Shown: one piece after another, positions 34,782 through 37,493 of the stretch
Layout of the letters: each line of letters begins with the position of its first letter
Numbering within the stretch: the stretch's first letter is position 1
NCBI GenBank assembly: GCA_937922175.1
Contig: CAKZUU010000144.1
Span: forward strand, 1 to 37,493
Source of the DNA: an uncultured Gemmataceae bacterium
GTDB lineage: Bacteria; Planctomycetota; Planctomycetia; Gemmatales; Gemmataceae
Direction of reading: 5' to 3'
DNA: 37,493 nt
Notes under the pieces: model-generated
The model's database searches: none
Seen by the model: only the letters and a program-made list of their open reading frames with translations
What the model was told of the DNA's origin: nothing
Made by a program: the position numbers and the translations under genes

Positions 34782-36377
34782 TCAGGATAGAAACTGCATC
34801 AAGATACGCTTCGTCACGGCGGACAAGGTATCGTCGACCGGAAGCGAACTGGAGTAACAAATTGATCCGGCCGAGAACACCGCTCCCCTGCTGGGTGTGT
34901 CGAAGATGACCATATCCGCCCCGCCGTCATCCGGATTGGTCCCTTTGGCCAACCGATGCACCTGAGGCGGCGAAGAAGGCGAAATTTTGTCCGTTTCATG
35001 GCCGGAGGCACCACCCGGGCAGCGGCGATGTAAGGATCGAGTGCCGAATACATCGCCGTTCTTCAATCCCGTACCGGCAAACGCCCAATGCGAGGCATCG
35101 TAGACAGCATAGGGCGCGGCCGTCATGATCCCCGCTGGCGTGAAGACGACGCCCAACAGTCTCGCCTCGGACTCATGCCGCCGAGCGAAACGGCTCTCGG
35201 CCCCGTCCATCTCCTCAGGCCACAGCCCGCGGATGCGGGTGTTGTGGCAGATCATCGAGTGGTTAGGCAGTAGTTCCACTTCGCAGTTCAAACCGTTTCC
35301 CCCGAGATACATCAATCGGCCGCCCTCCTCAAAGACCCATGACTTGACGCGATCGTACATCCTTCGGGTCCAGTATTCCGGGTGCGTGCTCAGGATCAAC
35401 ACGCGATACCGCGACAGATCGAGGGTGCCGTCGTGCAGTTGCGTCTCGGCGTAGAAGTCGTAGGCGAATCCTTCGCGCTCTAACCAGCCCAACAAACGCC
35501 ACTCCGCGGGGGCCAGATGGCAGGCGGCTCGACCCTCGATTGGGTCGGTTACGTTCTCCCGAAGGTCCAAATCATTGATCGGTTCGGGACGGTCAAAGGA
35601 CAACGGCTGATACGTGTCGCTGTTCCAGACTTGATGGTTCGGATCGGTGTATCTTTTCAGATCTTGGCGGGCGTTGACGGTCGGTGTGTCCGGCAGTTCG
35701 TCGGCGAGGATATAGTTGCTTCGCCCTCCGAAACTGTTGTAGGCATTCCAGGTCATGTTCGAAGCCAGAACGGCGAGCGAGCAGGTCGGATGCGCCGGCG
35801 CCACGATCCACGGGAAGCTGAAGCGTTGGCCCGACCGAGTTCGGACGTGGAAGTAGTACAGGCCGCTTCGCTCCGGAGCGATAAGTCGTTGTTGGTGATG
35901 CGGACTGCCGTAGCCGACTCGGTTCCAGCCGACGCCGGTTCGGGAAAAGTCTACGTCCGGAGTGATCTGCATCATCGCTCGGGGGCCGTGTTCATCGTGC
36001 CAACCGAGGGAGCGAGCGAACTCTTTTTCCCAACCATGTCGCCAGAGTTCGACGTAGAAAGGCTCCACACTGTGGACGCGGAACTCAGCGGAATCGCCCG
36101 AACGGACCCACTTGGGCCAGGCGTAGCCGAGCAGTCCATCGGCGAGCAGGCGGAACTGATAGGGCCGCGCTGACGGCCAGTTGATTTGGACTCGTTTCGA
36201 GCCATACCCAGGCCGTTGCAACGTCACGAGGTAATGACCCGGAGGAAGGTCGGCATGAATTGTCCCACTGGCGCGGGAACGAGCTTCAAACGATTCGCCT
36301 CGGCCGTTGACGAATTCGATGGCGACGTCGGCGAGGGCAACGAAACGTTCATCGCTGACATATCCGAGGAGCATCAC
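34782..36377 (-). CDS. N,N-dimethylformamidase beta-subunit-like (DUF6605-type) protein with an N-terminal carboxypeptidase-regulatory-like domain
   Basis: The N-terminal GHYLVTLQRPGYGSKRVQI is CarboxypepD_reg-like. LILSTHPEYWTRRMYDRV...GGRLMYLGGNG and GGASGHETD fit my memory of the family. Coding is confident; function is tentative. Confidence 0.6.
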   Translation of the reverse strand: MMLLGYVSDERFVALADVAIEFVNGRGESFEARSRASGTIHADLPPGHYLVTLQRPGYGSKRVQINWPSARPYQFRLLADGLLGYAWPKWVRSGDSAEFRVHSVEPFYVELWRHGWEKEFARSLGWHDEHGPRAMMQITPDVDFSRTGVGWNRVGYGSPHHQQRLIAPERSGLYYFHVRTRSGQRFSFPWIVAPAHPTCSLAVLASNMTWNAYNSFGGRSNYILADELPDTPTVNARQDLKRYTDPNHQVWNSDTYQPLSFDRPEPINDLDLRENVTDPIEGRAACHLAPAEWRLLGWLEREGFAYDFYAETQLHDGTLDLSRYRVLILSTHPEYWTRRMYDRVKSWVFEEGGRLMYLGGNGLNCEVELLPNHSMICHNTRIRGLWPEEMDGAESRFARRHESEARLLGVVFTPAGIMTAAPYAVYDASHWAFAGTGLKNGDVFGTRSLHRRCPGGASGHETDKISPSSPPQVHRLAKGTNPDDGGADMVIFDTPSRGAVFSAGSICYSSSLPVDDTLSAVTKRILMQFLS

Positions 36378-36415
36378 GGCATGACCTCGTCAGGGAGGAG
36401 GATGGCGTTAAGAAT

Positions 36416-36441
36416 GAAAAAGCCCCCGCGAGGGTCGGGGG
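36416..36441 (-). terminator. Rho-independent terminator after the RTX-like gene
   Basis: The minus strand reads CCCCCG-ACCCTCG-CGGGGG followed by CTTTTTC, 35 nt after the stop at 36476. Confidence 0.55.
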
Positions 36442-36475
36442 CAAGATGGATGAGCCGAGTGAAGGCTCGTTTGGA

Positions 36476-37493
36476 TCAGCGCCAAATTTGATTGGTGCCG
36501 GCTCCTCCGTCGATGAAGTCATTTTGTCCGCCGCCGATCAGGGTGTCATGGCCGATGCCGCCGAAGAGTGAATCGACGCCCTCTTGGCCCCAGATGATGT
36601 CGTTACCTGCTCCGCCATCGAGGCGATCATCACCCAGGCCGCCCAGCAAGGAATCGTTGCCGTCGTCGCCGGTGATGACATCGTTGCCGGCATCGCCTTG
36701 GAGATAGTCATCGCCGGTCCCGCCCGCAAGGGTATCATGCCCGTCGCCCCCCCAGAGGGAATCGCGGCCGTCGCCGCCTTGCATGCTGTCGTTGCCGATC
36801 CCCCCGACGAGGCTGTCATTGCCGGCTCCACCGAGGAGCACGTCGTTCCCGGCGTCGCCCCACAGCCGATCGTTATCGTTGCCCCCGTCCAGGCGATCAT
36901 CGCCTATGCCGCCGATGAGGTCGTCGTTGCCGTCACCGCCGACGAGGGTATCATTTCCGGCATCTCCGTAAATCAAATCGTTTCCGGCTCCACCCAGGGC
37001 GGAATCGTTGCCATCGCCTCCCCAGATGCGATCGTCACCATCGCCTCCATCCAGGATGTCGTGACCGGCCCCGCCGACGAGTGAATCATTGCCCGCCCCG
37101 CCGACAAGCGAATCGTCACCGGTCTCACCTTGAAGTAGGTCATGACCGGAGCCGCCCAGCAGCGTGTCGTTTCCATCGCCGCCCCAAAGGGAGTCGTTGC
37201 CATCGCCGCCGTCCAGGAAATCATGCCCCGATCCGCCGATGAGCATGTCGCTCCCCGCCCCACCTCGAATCGTGTCTTGGCCGTCACCACCCCAGATGGT
37301 GTCCTGGCCATTCCCGCCGTCGAGGGAATCGTTACCGCCTCGGCCCAACAGGAAGTCATCACCCGCGCCGCCGAAAATCGTGTCGTTCCCACTGCCGCCC
37401 CAGATCGAGTCGTTGCCATCGCCTCCGTCGAGGGTGGCAGCCAAACCGAGTTCATTGACGATGGTGTCATGGCCACCCATGCCCAAGACCTGG
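36476..37493 (-). CDS. Calcium-binding RTX-like (GGxGxDxxx) repeat protein; the 5' end lies beyond the window
   Basis: At least 34 consecutive nonapeptides such as GGAGNDSLV and GGDGNDTLL run to the penultimate residue. The frame is still open at the window edge. Confidence 0.85.
   Translation of the reverse strand, partial: QVLGMGGHDTIVNELGLAATLDGGDGNDSIWGGSGNDTIFGGAGDDFLLGRGGNDSLDGGNGQDTIWGGDGQDTIRGGAGSDMLIGGSGHDFLDGGDGNDSLWGGDGNDTLLGGSGHDLLQGETGDDSLVGGAGNDSLVGGAGHDILDGGDGDDRIWGGDGNDSALGGAGNDLIYGDAGNDTLVGGDGNDDLIGGIGDDRLDGGNDNDRLWGDAGNDVLLGGAGNDSLVGGIGNDSMQGGDGRDSLWGGDGHDTLAGGTGDDYLQGDAGNDVITGDDGNDSLLGGLGDDRLDGGAGNDIIWGQEGVDSLFGGIGHDTLIGGGQNDFIDGGAGTNQIWR
36476..37493 (-). repeat. Tandem 27-nt (9-codon) periodic coding repeat
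   Basis: The periodic GGxGxD codon pattern leaves several other frames on both strands open (track ORFs 36584-37084 +, 36973-37476 -, 36538-36900 -). Confidence 0.8.

Noticed and set aside
36538-37476. Additional ORFs in other frames and on the other strand across the RTX region (36584-37084 +, 36973-37476 -, 36538-36900 -, 36492-36707 +, 36783-36971 +)
   Set aside because: These open frames are a by-product of the 27-nt periodic GGxGxD codon repeat. Only the frame giving canonical calcium-binding nonapeptides is credible.
1-37493. A search for a CRISPR array, cas6, cas1/cas2, tRNA/rRNA genes, transposases or integrases
   Set aside because: No intergenic region exceeds about 520 bp and none shows 28-37-nt direct repeats with regular spacing. 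I saw no T-loop-like GGTTCGAATCC motif in non-coding DNA. No ORF shows DDE, tyrosine-recombinase or reverse-transcriptase (YxDD) motifs. The scan was manual only.

Overview
This is a roughly 55-60% GC (by eye) bacterial chromosomal segment. Its gene content looks like Planctomycetota: DUF1552, DUF1501 and DUF1549/DUF1553 proteins, an ECF sigma factor, an FHA-GAF-HD-GYP signalling protein and an RTX-like repeat protein. I support about 31 protein-coding genes. I recognised no rRNA, tRNA, CRISPR array, transposase or integrase. All family calls come from motifs read in the supplied translations; no alignments or HMM searches were possible.

The most notable content:
1. A complete, translationally coupled type III-B CRISPR effector operon (cmr1-cas10-cmr3-cmr4-cmr5-cmr6) lies on the minus strand at 6069-12868. 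Its Cas10 lacks an HD domain but keeps GGDD. No array, cas6, cas1/cas2 or obvious cyclic-nucleotide sensor occurs anywhere in the window. Cmr6 carries an unexplained ~113-aa highly charged C-terminal tail.
2. A radical-SAM plus DUF4130-UdgX (KRRLH loop) DNA-damage module lies at 18341-20970. It is followed 47 nt later, co-directionally, by a kinase-fold/P-loop kinase fusion.
3. A 523-bp gene-poor spacer (14402-14924) contains nested hairpins and a small ORF with a near-perfect ribosome-binding site.

The remaining genes are ordinary: hypAB, a GHMP kinase, ABC transporter components, phosphoketolase-acetate kinase, rsgA and a CBS protein. Many long antisense ORFs in the track are high-GC shadow frames and were rejected.
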